Assembly (NCBI GenBank): GCA_051882975.1 | Contig: JBJESV010000094.1 | Coordinates: 4,194-68,193 of the forward strand | Length of the DNA: 64,000 bases | Origin: Emergencia sp. | GTDB lineage: Bacteria > Bacillota > Clostridia > Peptostreptococcales > Anaerovoracaceae | Reading direction: 5' to 3' | Shown: in pieces, positions 49,805 to 57,852 of the stretch | Layout: each line of letters opens with the position of its first letter | How positions within the stretch are numbered: position 1 is the stretch's first letter | The notes under the pieces: generated by a model | Databases searched by the model: none | Seen by the model: only the letters and a program-made list of their open reading frames with translations | What the model was told of the DNA's origin: nothing | Program-made: the position numbers and the translations under genes

Positions 49805-51016
49805 TTACTTTGTAAAGAAATAGTCCGCCAGCTCATATCCGCTGTCGAAGTATCCCCCGGTCTCGCCGGATCTCTCATTGAAGCCCTTTGACGGATCTTC
49901 CGGCATTTCGTTCCTGCTGTCATAGATGACAAACGGAACCGGTGTTGCCGAATGGGTTCTGATAGCCAGCGGCGTCCTGTGGTCAGGAACCTCCAGCACC
50001 TTGAAGTCTTCGCCGTCCTCGCGGAGCGCCTCCACGATCGGCTTCAGCACCTTCTGGTCGATATCCTGAAGGCACTGGATCTTGCCTTCTCTGTCCCCCT
50101 GATGGGAACATTCGTCCGGTCCTTCCAGATGGACATAGACGAAATCCTTGCCGTCCCGGAACTCTCTGATGGCAGCCTGTGCTTTGCCGTCGAAGTTGGT
50201 ATGCAGTGTTCCTGTTGCGCCTTCCACATTGACTGAAGAAAGGCCTGCACAGATGGCGATGCCTTTGATCAGATCCACGGCGCTGATTGCAGTGCCTGTA
50301 ATACCGTACTTATCGTAGAAAGAAGAAAGCTGCGGTTTCTTTCCCTGTCCCCAGATCCAGAGTGTGTTGGCCGGATTCAGACCTCTTGCGATACGGTCTC
50401 TGTTTACAGGATGATCCTTCAGGATCTCGTAGCTCTTCTTCATCATCTCAGTAATGAACTCGCTGCCCTCGCCCTTCGGCAGATGGTCGCCGACTCTCTG
50501 TTCCAGCACATCGTGAGGCGGTGTCAGTTCATAATTCGTGTCACCGTTGTGGACGATCATGCAGTGCCGGTAGCTGGTGCCGGTATAGAAGCGGATCCTG
50601 TCGTCTGCAAAAGCCTCGTTGACCGCCTGGATCAGCTGGTCAGCTTCAGCAGTGGTGATATCGCCGGAGCTGTGGTCTTTGATGATCAGATCCTCGTACG
50701 CTCCATCTCCTGCCACGGTAATGATATTGGTGCGGAAAGCCACATCGGTGTCGGACATTTCGATACCGATGCTGGCAGCCTCCAGCGGTGAACGTCCTGT
50801 CAGGTAGACTGACGGGTCGTAGCCCATGACGGACAGGTTGGCAGCATCGCTGCCCGGTGCCACTCCGGGAGGAATGGTCTTGACCATGCCCACTTCGCCT
50901 TTTGCTGCAAGGCTGTCGATGAAAGGCATGTCAGCTTTCTCCAGGGGAGTCTTCCCCTGCAGCGCTTCGATTTTCTCGTCGCCGGCTCCGTCCGGAACCA
51001 GAATCAGATATTTCAT
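49805..51016 (-). CDS. ApgM-family cofactor-independent phosphoglycerate mutase / proposed phosphotransferase
   Basis: PDGAGD, KTPLE, PGSDAANLS, GRSPLEA, HLEGPDECSH, PDHRTP...HS. Confidence 0.88.
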   Translation of the reverse strand: MKYLILVPDGAGDEKIEALQGKTPLEKADMPFIDSLAAKGEVGMVKTIPPGVAPGSDAANLSVMGYDPSVYLTGRSPLEAASIGIEMSDTDVAFRTNIITVAGDGAYEDLIIKDHSSGDITTAEADQLIQAVNEAFADDRIRFYTGTSYRHCMIVHNGDTNYELTPPHDVLEQRVGDHLPKGEGSEFITEMMKKSYEILKDHPVNRDRIARGLNPANTLWIWGQGKKPQLSSFYDKYGITGTAISAVDLIKGIAICAGLSSVNVEGATGTLHTNFDGKAQAAIREFRDGKDFVYVHLEGPDECSHQGDREGKIQCLQDIDQKVLKPIVEALREDGEDFKVLEVPDHRTPLAIRTHSATPVPFVIYDSRNEMPEDPSKGFNERSGETGGYFDSGYELADYFFTK

Positions 51017-51084
51017 ATTCTTCTTACCTCTTTTTCTTCACAAAAAGCTTTCCTGCGGGCTGCGCAGGAAAGCTTTCCGTTCTT

Positions 51085-52176
51085 TTATCTGTTTGCTTCT
51101 TCGAATCTCTTCATAAAGTCGATCAGCTTGTCAACGCCTTCTTCCGGCATCGCATTGTAGATGCTGGCTCTCATGCCGCCGACAGTTCTGTGACCGTTCA
51201 GGTTGATCATGCCTTCTGCTTTGGCTTCCTCAACGAACTTCTTGTCCATATCCTTGTCGCCTGTTACGAATACCACGTTCATCAGAGAACGGTCTTCCTT
51301 TGCAACCGGGCTCTTGAACAGCTGGCTCTGGTCGATAAAGCCGTAAAGCTTGTCAGCCTTGCGTACGTCAGCCGCATGCATGGCCGCAACGCCGCCTGTC
51401 TCTTTGATCAGCTTGAAAACTTCGCCTGCGATGTAGATGGCAAAGCACGGCGGAGTGTTGTACATGGAATCCTTGTCTGCATGGATCTTGTAGTTGAGAT
51501 AGGTCGGAACCTTCTCGTCGGCAAAGCCCAGCAGATCTTCTCTGACGATGACGATGGTCACGCCTGCCGGAGCCACGTTTTTCTGAGCGCCTGCGAAGAT
51601 CAGTCCGAATCTGCTCACATCGATCTCTTCACTGAGAATGCAGCTGGACATGTCTGCCACAAGCGGGATATCCCCTGTGTCAGGAATCTCGTTGTAATGG
51701 GTTCCGTAGATGGTGTTGTTGTAGCACACATAGACATAGTCCGCATCCGGACGGATATCTTCCTTTGTGATTTTCGGAATGTATGTAAAATTATCCTCTT
51801 CTGAACTTGCGATCAGACGGATATCTCCAAACTTACATGCTTCCTGGTATGCCTTCTTGCCCCAGGATCCTGCCACCACATAGTCTGCCTTTTTAGAGGC
51901 TCTGAGCAGGTTTAACGGCACCATTGCAAATTGAAGAGTTCCTCCACCTTGTAAAAACATAACTTTGTAGTTGTCAGGGATGTTCATGATCTCTCTTAAG
52001 TTAGCTTCTGCATCTTCGATGATTTTTCCAAACTCTTTTGAACGGTGACTCATTTCCATTACAGACTGCCCGCAGCCTTTGTAATCAGCCAGATTGGCTG
52101 CTGCATCCTCAATGACGCTCAGCGGAAGCATTGATGGACCAGCGGAAAAGTTAAATACTCGATTAGGTTTAGTCAT
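51085..52176 (-). CDS. serC: Phosphoserine aminotransferase
   Basis: FNFSAGPS, EMSHRS, FLQGGG, ADMSS, AGAQKN, NTPP, GHRTVGGMRASIYNA; start trimmed to MTKPNR. Confidence 0.97.
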   Translation of the reverse strand: MTKPNRVFNFSAGPSMLPLSVIEDAAANLADYKGCGQSVMEMSHRSKEFGKIIEDAEANLREIMNIPDNYKVMFLQGGGTLQFAMVPLNLLRASKKADYVVAGSWGKKAYQEACKFGDIRLIASSEEDNFTYIPKITKEDIRPDADYVYVCYNNTIYGTHYNEIPDTGDIPLVADMSSCILSEEIDVSRFGLIFAGAQKNVAPAGVTIVIVREDLLGFADEKVPTYLNYKIHADKDSMYNTPPCFAIYIAGEVFKLIKETGGVAAMHAADVRKADKLYGFIDQSQLFKSPVAKEDRSLMNVVFVTGDKDMDKKFVEEAKAEGMINLNGHRTVGGMRASIYNAMPEEGVDKLIDFMKRFEEANR

Positions 52177-52340
52177 TTCGTCGCCCTCCATTAGTTTATG
52201 TGTTTGTTATATTTCTGTCATACTCTGCGGTACGATAGCAATTATTATATCACTTTAGTGCTTGAAAGTAAAGCGCCAAAGTGTTATAATTTAAGCTAAA
52301 TTACTTTTATCTTTACTAAATTCAATAGGAGGTACTTATC

Positions 52341-53492
52341 ATGTACAAAATTGCAACACTGAACAAGATTTCACCTGTCGGTCTGGCGCATCTGTCAGAA
52401 AACTATTCCGTCTCTGGTGAGGTTTCCGGTTCCTCTGGTATTTTAGTAAGAAGTCAGGACATGCACGAAATGGAACTGGGCAAAGAGCTTCTTGCCATCG
52501 CAAGAGCCGGCGCCGGTGTTAATAATATTCCGCTGGACAAATGCGCTGATGCGGGCATCGTCGTTTTCAACACTCCAGGTGCCAACGCCAATGCCGTCAA
52601 AGAGCTGGTGCTCGCCGGTCTCTTCCTGGCAGCCAGGAACATTCCTGCAGGCATCGCATGGGCGTCCGGTCTTACTGAAAATGTGGGCAAAGCCGTAGAG
52701 AAAGGCAAAAGCCAGTTTGCAGGAACAGAACTGATGGGCAAGACCCTGGGTGTTGTCGGTCTGGGCGCGATTGGCGTGCTGGTCGCCAACTCCGCCGCTG
52801 CTCTGGGCATGAAGGTCATCGGTTATGACCCGTTCTTCAGCATTAAATCCGCACACAGTCTCTGCAGCTGTGTGGAAGTTAAAGCAGATGTGAAAGATGT
52901 GGTTGCTGACAGCGATTACGTATCTATCCACGTCCCTGCCATGGACAGCACAAAAGGTATGTTCAACGCAGAACTGATCGCCGCCATGAAGGACGGCGCT
53001 GTACTGCTCAACTTCTCCAGAGACAAACTGGTAAACGAAGCTGATCTTCTGGCGGCTCTGGAAAATGGCAAGCTTGCTAAATATGTTACAGACTTCCCGA
53101 CCGACGGCGTACTGAACAAGCCGGGTGTCATTGCACTGCCGCACCTGGGCGCATCCACTGCAGAAGCAGAAGACAACTGCGCGACCATGGCCGTTAACCA
53201 GATGATGGACTTCATCGAAAACGGCAATATTGTCAACTCCGTCAACTTCCCGGCAGTAAACCTTGGCCCGCGCAAAGCAGGCGAAAACAGAATCTGCATC
53301 ATCACCAAGGGTGAACCTTCCCCTGTCAAACTGGCAGCTGCCATGTTTGCCAATGTAAACATCAAAGCCATCGCCGGCGAGACCAGAGGAGAATACGGCT
53401 ATGCTCTGATCTCCACCCCTGACGCAATAGCCTCCGTACCGAAAGTGGACGGCGTCATCAGAGTCAGAGTCATCCAGCCGGACGAAGCGTAA
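52341..53492 (+). CDS. serA: D-3-phosphoglycerate dehydrogenase
   Basis: IARAGAGVNNI, NTPGANANAV, GVVGLGAIG, LNFSR, PHLGAST, ACT-like C-terminus; divergent from serC. Confidence 0.93.
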   Translation: MYKIATLNKISPVGLAHLSENYSVSGEVSGSSGILVRSQDMHEMELGKELLAIARAGAGVNNIPLDKCADAGIVVFNTPGANANAVKELVLAGLFLAARNIPAGIAWASGLTENVGKAVEKGKSQFAGTELMGKTLGVVGLGAIGVLVANSAAALGMKVIGYDPFFSIKSAHSLCSCVEVKADVKDVVADSDYVSIHVPAMDSTKGMFNAELIAAMKDGAVLLNFSRDKLVNEADLLAALENGKLAKYVTDFPTDGVLNKPGVIALPHLGASTAEAEDNCATMAVNQMMDFIENGNIVNSVNFPAVNLGPRKAGENRICIITKGEPSPVKLAAAMFANVNIKAIAGETRGEYGYALISTPDAIASVPKVDGVIRVRVIQPDEA

Positions 53493-53525
53493 GCTTTACA
53501 TAAAAGTTACTCAAAAATACAAATT

Positions 53526-53554
53526 CCCGGGGTTGAACTGACCCCGGGTTTTTT
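53526..53554 (+). terminator. Rho-independent terminator after serA
   Basis: CCCGGGGT-TGAACTG-ACCCCGGG-TTTTTT. Confidence 0.85.
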
Positions 53555-53567
53555 GAGCGTTTCCCTC

Positions 53568-54092
53568 TTAAAAAAAGTACTTCCACTTGGATATTTCTTC
53601 CAGACTACCTGCGTCGAAATCATAGCACCAGCAGGAAATCTCTGTCAGAACCCGGGTTTTAGAAGGGTGGATGAACCGGTCGGCAGGCCCCCTTCCATCG
53701 CGCGATTCCAACTTTCCGGACATAAAGTAAAGCTTATGGTCCTTTTGCTTTATACCACAGGCATACTGATGAAGCTGAAACAGTTCTTTTGTATTGAAGG
53801 TTTCAAAATCAAGTTCTGCCAGCATGGCATTTACACTTACGAATCCATAATATTGGTCTTCATATTTGAGCAGCACCATGTTATCATGATGTTCCCGTAG
53901 AAGGTATTCCTCCAGAGATCCTCTTTTTTCTTCCGGCAGCTGCGCCAGTACTTCCTCTGTATGCTCTCTGTCCTTCATTTCCAGTTTGTCCGCATTAGCT
54001 TCGCCAAACCACACCGGTTCTCTGAAAAACAGCCAGAGAGCAATGACTATCAGCAGGATTAAAACTATGGTTTTGTATTTGTTTCTTCTCAT
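53568..54092 (-). CDS. Hypothetical membrane-anchored protein
   Basis: 174 aa, basic N-terminus plus hydrophobic anchor; no family recognised. Confidence 0.6.
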   Translation of the reverse strand: MRRNKYKTIVLILLIVIALWLFFREPVWFGEANADKLEMKDREHTEEVLAQLPEEKRGSLEEYLLREHHDNMVLLKYEDQYYGFVSVNAMLAELDFETFNTKELFQLHQYACGIKQKDHKLYFMSGKLESRDGRGPADRFIHPSKTRVLTEISCWCYDFDAGSLEEISKWKYFF

Positions 54093-54313
54093 TTTTCACC
54101 ATTCATTTTAGTTTGTCTTCTTTATCATACTAAAATCATATTCTGTCATTTTGATATTGTCAATTTACTTTACACTTTTTTCTCAAAGAGGTTCGACCTT
54201 TGCTGCTTCTTGTAGTGAAGCATAATACTGATATATTTCTTTTATTGATAAAAAAAGTATTCATAATGATTTCAAGCCAAGAAAGTACTCCTTGACATCA
54301 CTATAAATAAATC

Positions 54314-54825
54314 TCAAATTTTCCCTACTTCTTTATAAAACTTATAGATTACGCCCGCAGCATCTCTCTGAGCTCTTTCCATCATTGTAGTCGCCGCTGA
54401 ATTCATATCACTTGTGCTGGTTGAGTTAGCTTTAGTGTAGTTATTTCGAGATATTTCCGCTGTTTGATCTGCAATAGTTTTAGTGGAGCGAGTTGCATAC
54501 GGACTCAAAACAGATGATGATATGCCTGATACTCCATAGTTGGTATATCTTCCTTCAACATAATTCTCAAATTGACTATGTCTCGAAAGTCCAACTACTT
54601 TATTCATTGCATGATGTGGCATTGCAATATCATTTATATAATGCAAAGCCCTCCCCAGTTTTATTCTTGCAGCCGTATACTGTTTGTCTTTATATAAAGT
54701 TACTGCATCATTATAATGTCTATTAAAATAGGTATATGCCGTCAAACCTGAACCATTGAAATTTGTTCCATCCGGTCCATAAAAATGTCCTGCAAACGCA
54801 TTCCCATTAATATTTCCTCTTGCAT
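54314..54825 (-). pseudogene. Zn-dependent phospholipase C / S1-P1-fold protein, N-terminally truncated
   Basis: Frame reads ...AFAGHFYGPDG...LGRALHYINDIAMPHHA...HSQFENYVE..., but has no ATG/GTG/TTG start before the HFY motif and hits TAG upstream; the RBS-ATG at 54825 is out of frame. Confidence 0.7.
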
Positions 54826-54898
54826 ACGCATTCCTCCTTGTATACTTTTCTTGCCAGCATCCCTTTTGTCGTATCTTTTTCTATTCTTTTCTAGCTGT

Positions 54899-54927
54899 AT
54901 AATATCACACCTTTTTATATATGTCAA
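54899..54927 (-). promoter_or_regulatory. Near-consensus sigma-A promoter of the PLC pseudogene
   Basis: TTGACA-17 nt-TATTAT with extended -10 TG. Confidence 0.7.
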
Positions 54928-55036
54928 TAAAATATATACGTCTATTTTTATTACATTTTAAATTTGCACATCTTCTATTGACTTTTTCCCCTTTTATGTT
55001 ATCTTAAAAGTATAAATGCAATATGAAGGTACAGTT

Positions 55037-55402
55037 ATGAGCAAAAAAACAACGGGCAAGAGAAGCATTCTGGATAATTTCGAGGCCCAGTTCAAGAAAT
55101 CGACCCTGCCTCTGATGGTTCTGAAAATTCTGTCAGAGCGGGAGATGTATGCATACGAGATCGTTCAGGAGACGCTGCACAGAAGTGAAGGCAAATATAA
55201 AATGCCTCTCCTGTATACCACGCTGAGCAAGCTGCAGGAGCAGGGCTTTGTGGAAGAATGCGGCAAAGTCATTTCGGAGGATAATCGCGTCCGCGTGTAT
55301 TACAGGGTGACAGAGGACGGCCGTTACCATCTGAAAAAGCTAATGAATCTGTATGCCGAACTGACAGAAACCGTTAAAGCAATCGTATATGATGATAAAT
55401 GA
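55037..55402 (+). CDS. PadR-family transcriptional regulator
   Basis: QFKKSTLPLMVLKILSEREMYAYEI...LYTTLSKL...RVYYRVTEDG. Confidence 0.92.
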   Translation: MSKKTTGKRSILDNFEAQFKKSTLPLMVLKILSEREMYAYEIVQETLHRSEGKYKMPLLYTTLSKLQEQGFVEECGKVISEDNRVRVYYRVTEDGRYHLKKLMNLYAELTETVKAIVYDDK

Positions 55403-55419
55403 CACCACCGGAGGTAACC

Positions 55420-55785
55420 ATGGACAAAAGGAATGAGGCTATTGAACATTATCTCGACAGAATCAGAGAACAGATCTTTGATTTTTCACCTGCAGACGAT
55501 TTCATCCGTTCTCTGCGGCAGGATCTGTACGAATACGAGAAGAATAATCCCAATTGCACAGAAAGGGATCTTGAACTACAGTTCGGAACGCCGGAGGAAA
55601 TCGCAAAAGATTTCCTGGAGGACAATCCCGCTCTGCAGCCAGAGGCAGTGGTAAAAGGCAAGCGGTCCAGAAACATCATTATCATCATTCTGGTCGTCGC
55701 TCTAGTCGGTGCAGGACTGTTTGTTTATGATTTATCCAGGCAGAGACAACTGAAAGCTACAGATGTCATCATTATTGAAAAATAG
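55420..55785 (+). CDS. PadR-associated membrane protein (HAAS/DUF1700-like cytoplasmic domain plus one TM)
   Basis: YLDRIR...QFGTPEEIAKDF followed by a TM; GGAGG RBS. Confidence 0.65.
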   Translation: MDKRNEAIEHYLDRIREQIFDFSPADDFIRSLRQDLYEYEKNNPNCTERDLELQFGTPEEIAKDFLEDNPALQPEAVVKGKRSRNIIIIILVVALVGAGLFVYDLSRQRQLKATDVIIIEK

Positions 55786-55807
55786 AATCATCAGGAGGTA
55801 CAAAAAA

Positions 55808-56278
55808 ATGAAACACAGAATTATTACCCTGCTTTCAGTCATAGCATTAATAGCGGCTGCATCCTCTACAGCCTTTGCCGATATCTGTTTGACAGCACCG
55901 CAGATTGAAAAAGAATATTATCCCGATGGTTCTTATGCTGTTATAGAGACAACAACCCAGCAGGACAGCATTTCCCTTTTTGCATCCAGTTCTAAGTCTG
56001 CCAGAAGAACTAACACATACTACAATTCAAATAATACGAAAGCTTGGGATTTCACTCTGAAAGGAACATTCTCCTACGATGGAAGCACGGCCAAGGCTAC
56101 CGCAGCTTCCACCAGCTATAATATCTATGTCAGCGGATGGAAATGTACCGCCCGTGATGCGTGGACCACAGGATCAACAGCCAAAGGAAGTGCAACCTTT
56201 ACCTACAATTCCGTTATCGCAAAAGATGCTCTCCTCGGTCTGAAATGCTCCCCAACTGGAACCATCTCAGCCGCATAA
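55808..56278 (+). CDS. Secreted Ser/Thr-rich beta-strand protein of unknown function
   Basis: Signal peptide ending AFA; WDFTLKGTFSYDG; two C-terminal Cys; AGGAGG RBS. Confidence 0.7.
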   Translation: MKHRIITLLSVIALIAAASSTAFADICLTAPQIEKEYYPDGSYAVIETTTQQDSISLFASSSKSARRTNTYYNSNNTKAWDFTLKGTFSYDGSTAKATAASTSYNIYVSGWKCTARDAWTTGSTAKGSATFTYNSVIAKDALLGLKCSPTGTISAA

Positions 56279-56355
56279 GCGTGTCCACTCACCTGCCTGC
56301 CATTTGTCTACTGTACTTTTGCAGAAAACATTTTTATTTCACATATTATAATGCC

Positions 56356-56381
56356 AACAGGCCGCCCGCAGGCGGCCTGTT
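56356..56381. terminator. Bidirectional terminator
   Basis: AACAGGCCGCC-CGCA-GGCGGCCTGTT between convergent genes. Confidence 0.8.
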
Positions 56382-56415
56382 AAAATACATCTTACAATTT
56401 ATATGCTTTATTCTC

Positions 56416-57453
56416 CTACTCGGCTCTTTCCATAGCCAGACGGAAATCTCTGGTATCGGTGAAGATTTCGTTCTTGTACGGATTCTTCTTCTGTTCCTTT
56501 GCCCGCTTGATGATCACGGCAAGAACGATGACATTGGCTGCCAGAGCGATAACCGCCATGACACCCTGCATAGTCGGATCCGCAGTTTCCGGATGGATCG
56601 CCGCATCCATAAATCCGTCAGAATACAGGACAGGAATGGTGGTGAACCGGCTGTCGTCCTGGAAGGTCGGGAACACCTGTGCAAACATGCACCACAGCGC
56701 CAGTGTGTTGGCACGGTTCTGGATCCATCCGCCTTTGTTCCACAGTGCATTGGCAAAAGTCGGCGCCAGCAGCAGTGCAACACCGCAGAAAAACGCGTGG
56801 GTCGGCAGGTTATTGTATGTGTATTCGAAGTTCCACAGATCATAGGCCACGATGAACATCCAGGTCATATCCGGCCAGAGCATATCGTCGTGCTTCTTTG
56901 ATGTGTAGATGCCCCACCAGCCGGTCATGCAGAGAATATTCAGAATGCCGGCGATACCGTTGACCCAGTTCCACCAGCCCCCGTAGAGCCAAACGTTCTC
57001 AGAGGACAGCCACCAGCGGCTGCCGGTGTCGGCGAGAGCCATGGCTCCGCGGATACCCGATTCGAAATCGCTGCCTACAGCGATGAGGATATTGATAGCC
57101 ACGATGACGAACGGGAACACTTTGAACCACTCCGTCTTTCCGATGCTCCACTTGTACTTCAGCATCATGAAACCGATACATCCGGCTGTTGCCGCATACA
57201 GCTTGGCATAGTGGAACCAGCTGGTCATATGGACATAAGTCGGGTTGTTCAGCGCCCATTCAGCTCCATTGGCGGCACCGACATAGATCGCGATGAAGTA
57301 TACGGTCAGCGCTGCAGGCAGAATCAGAAAGCAGAAAATTCCTCCGGCCTTGCTCCTTCTTGCCACTTCGTTTCCCAGAATCAGTCCGGCAAATACCAGG
57401 AGCCATCCCAGCAGCTGCCAGCCTGCTCCGTCTCCGTAAAGTTGAAAAAACAT
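56416..57453 (-). CDS. DUF5692-like multi-pass membrane protein
   Basis: WFHYAKLY, WNWVNGIAG, WPDMTW...AYDLWN, WIQNRANTL pattern; about 8-9 TM segments; last gene of the hyp operon. Confidence 0.7.
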   Translation of the reverse strand: MFFQLYGDGAGWQLLGWLLVFAGLILGNEVARRSKAGGIFCFLILPAALTVYFIAIYVGAANGAEWALNNPTYVHMTSWFHYAKLYAATAGCIGFMMLKYKWSIGKTEWFKVFPFVIVAINILIAVGSDFESGIRGAMALADTGSRWWLSSENVWLYGGWWNWVNGIAGILNILCMTGWWGIYTSKKHDDMLWPDMTWMFIVAYDLWNFEYTYNNLPTHAFFCGVALLLAPTFANALWNKGGWIQNRANTLALWCMFAQVFPTFQDDSRFTTIPVLYSDGFMDAAIHPETADPTMQGVMAVIALAANVIVLAVIIKRAKEQKKNPYKNEIFTDTRDFRLAMERAE

Positions 57454-57504
57454 AACAGACCTCCTTAATTAATAATATCTCATTTATCTTCTCCGGATTC
57501 CGCG

Positions 57505-57849
57505 TCAGCAGGCCCGGATTTCCTTTATATTGACCTCATTTCCCTGCACCAGCACAGTCTTTTCGCTTCCGCAGAGGGGACAGATCCGTCCATGGGCCAC
57601 CGTGTCATAGGTCTTCCCGCAGTTCTCGCAAAAGGTCACTGCCGGGATTTCTTCTATGAGCAGCTCTGCACCCCGCAGAAGTTCGGACCTGCCGCAGGCC
57701 CATTTCCAGCATTCCAGCAGGCAGGTGTCCACGATGGTGCTCACCTGACCGATCTCCAGTGTCACAGAGGAAATCTCTGTCAGTCTGTTTTCCTTCCCCA
57801 CTTCTTCCAGACTGTCCATGATGTGAAATACGATTCCAAGCTCATGCAT
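57505..57849 (-). CDS. hypA: Nickel metallochaperone HypA
   Basis: N-terminal MHE Ni motif, CENC and CPLC Zn-finger pair, QGNE. Confidence 0.93.
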   Translation of the reverse strand: MHELGIVFHIMDSLEEVGKENRLTEISSVTLEIGQVSTIVDTCLLECWKWACGRSELLRGAELLIEEIPAVTFCENCGKTYDTVAHGRICPLCGSEKTVLVQGNEVNIKEIRAC

Positions 57850-57852
57850 AGG

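Noticed and set aside
49550-49932. ORFs 49582-49932 (-) and 49550-49780 (+)
   Set aside because: They overlap the apgM 3' end or its terminator, with low-complexity translation and no RBS.
54742-54927. 61-aa ORF upstream of the PLC-like fragment as an independent gene
   Set aside because: It spans the promoter and the out-of-frame start of the broken gene; better explained as part of the pseudogene.
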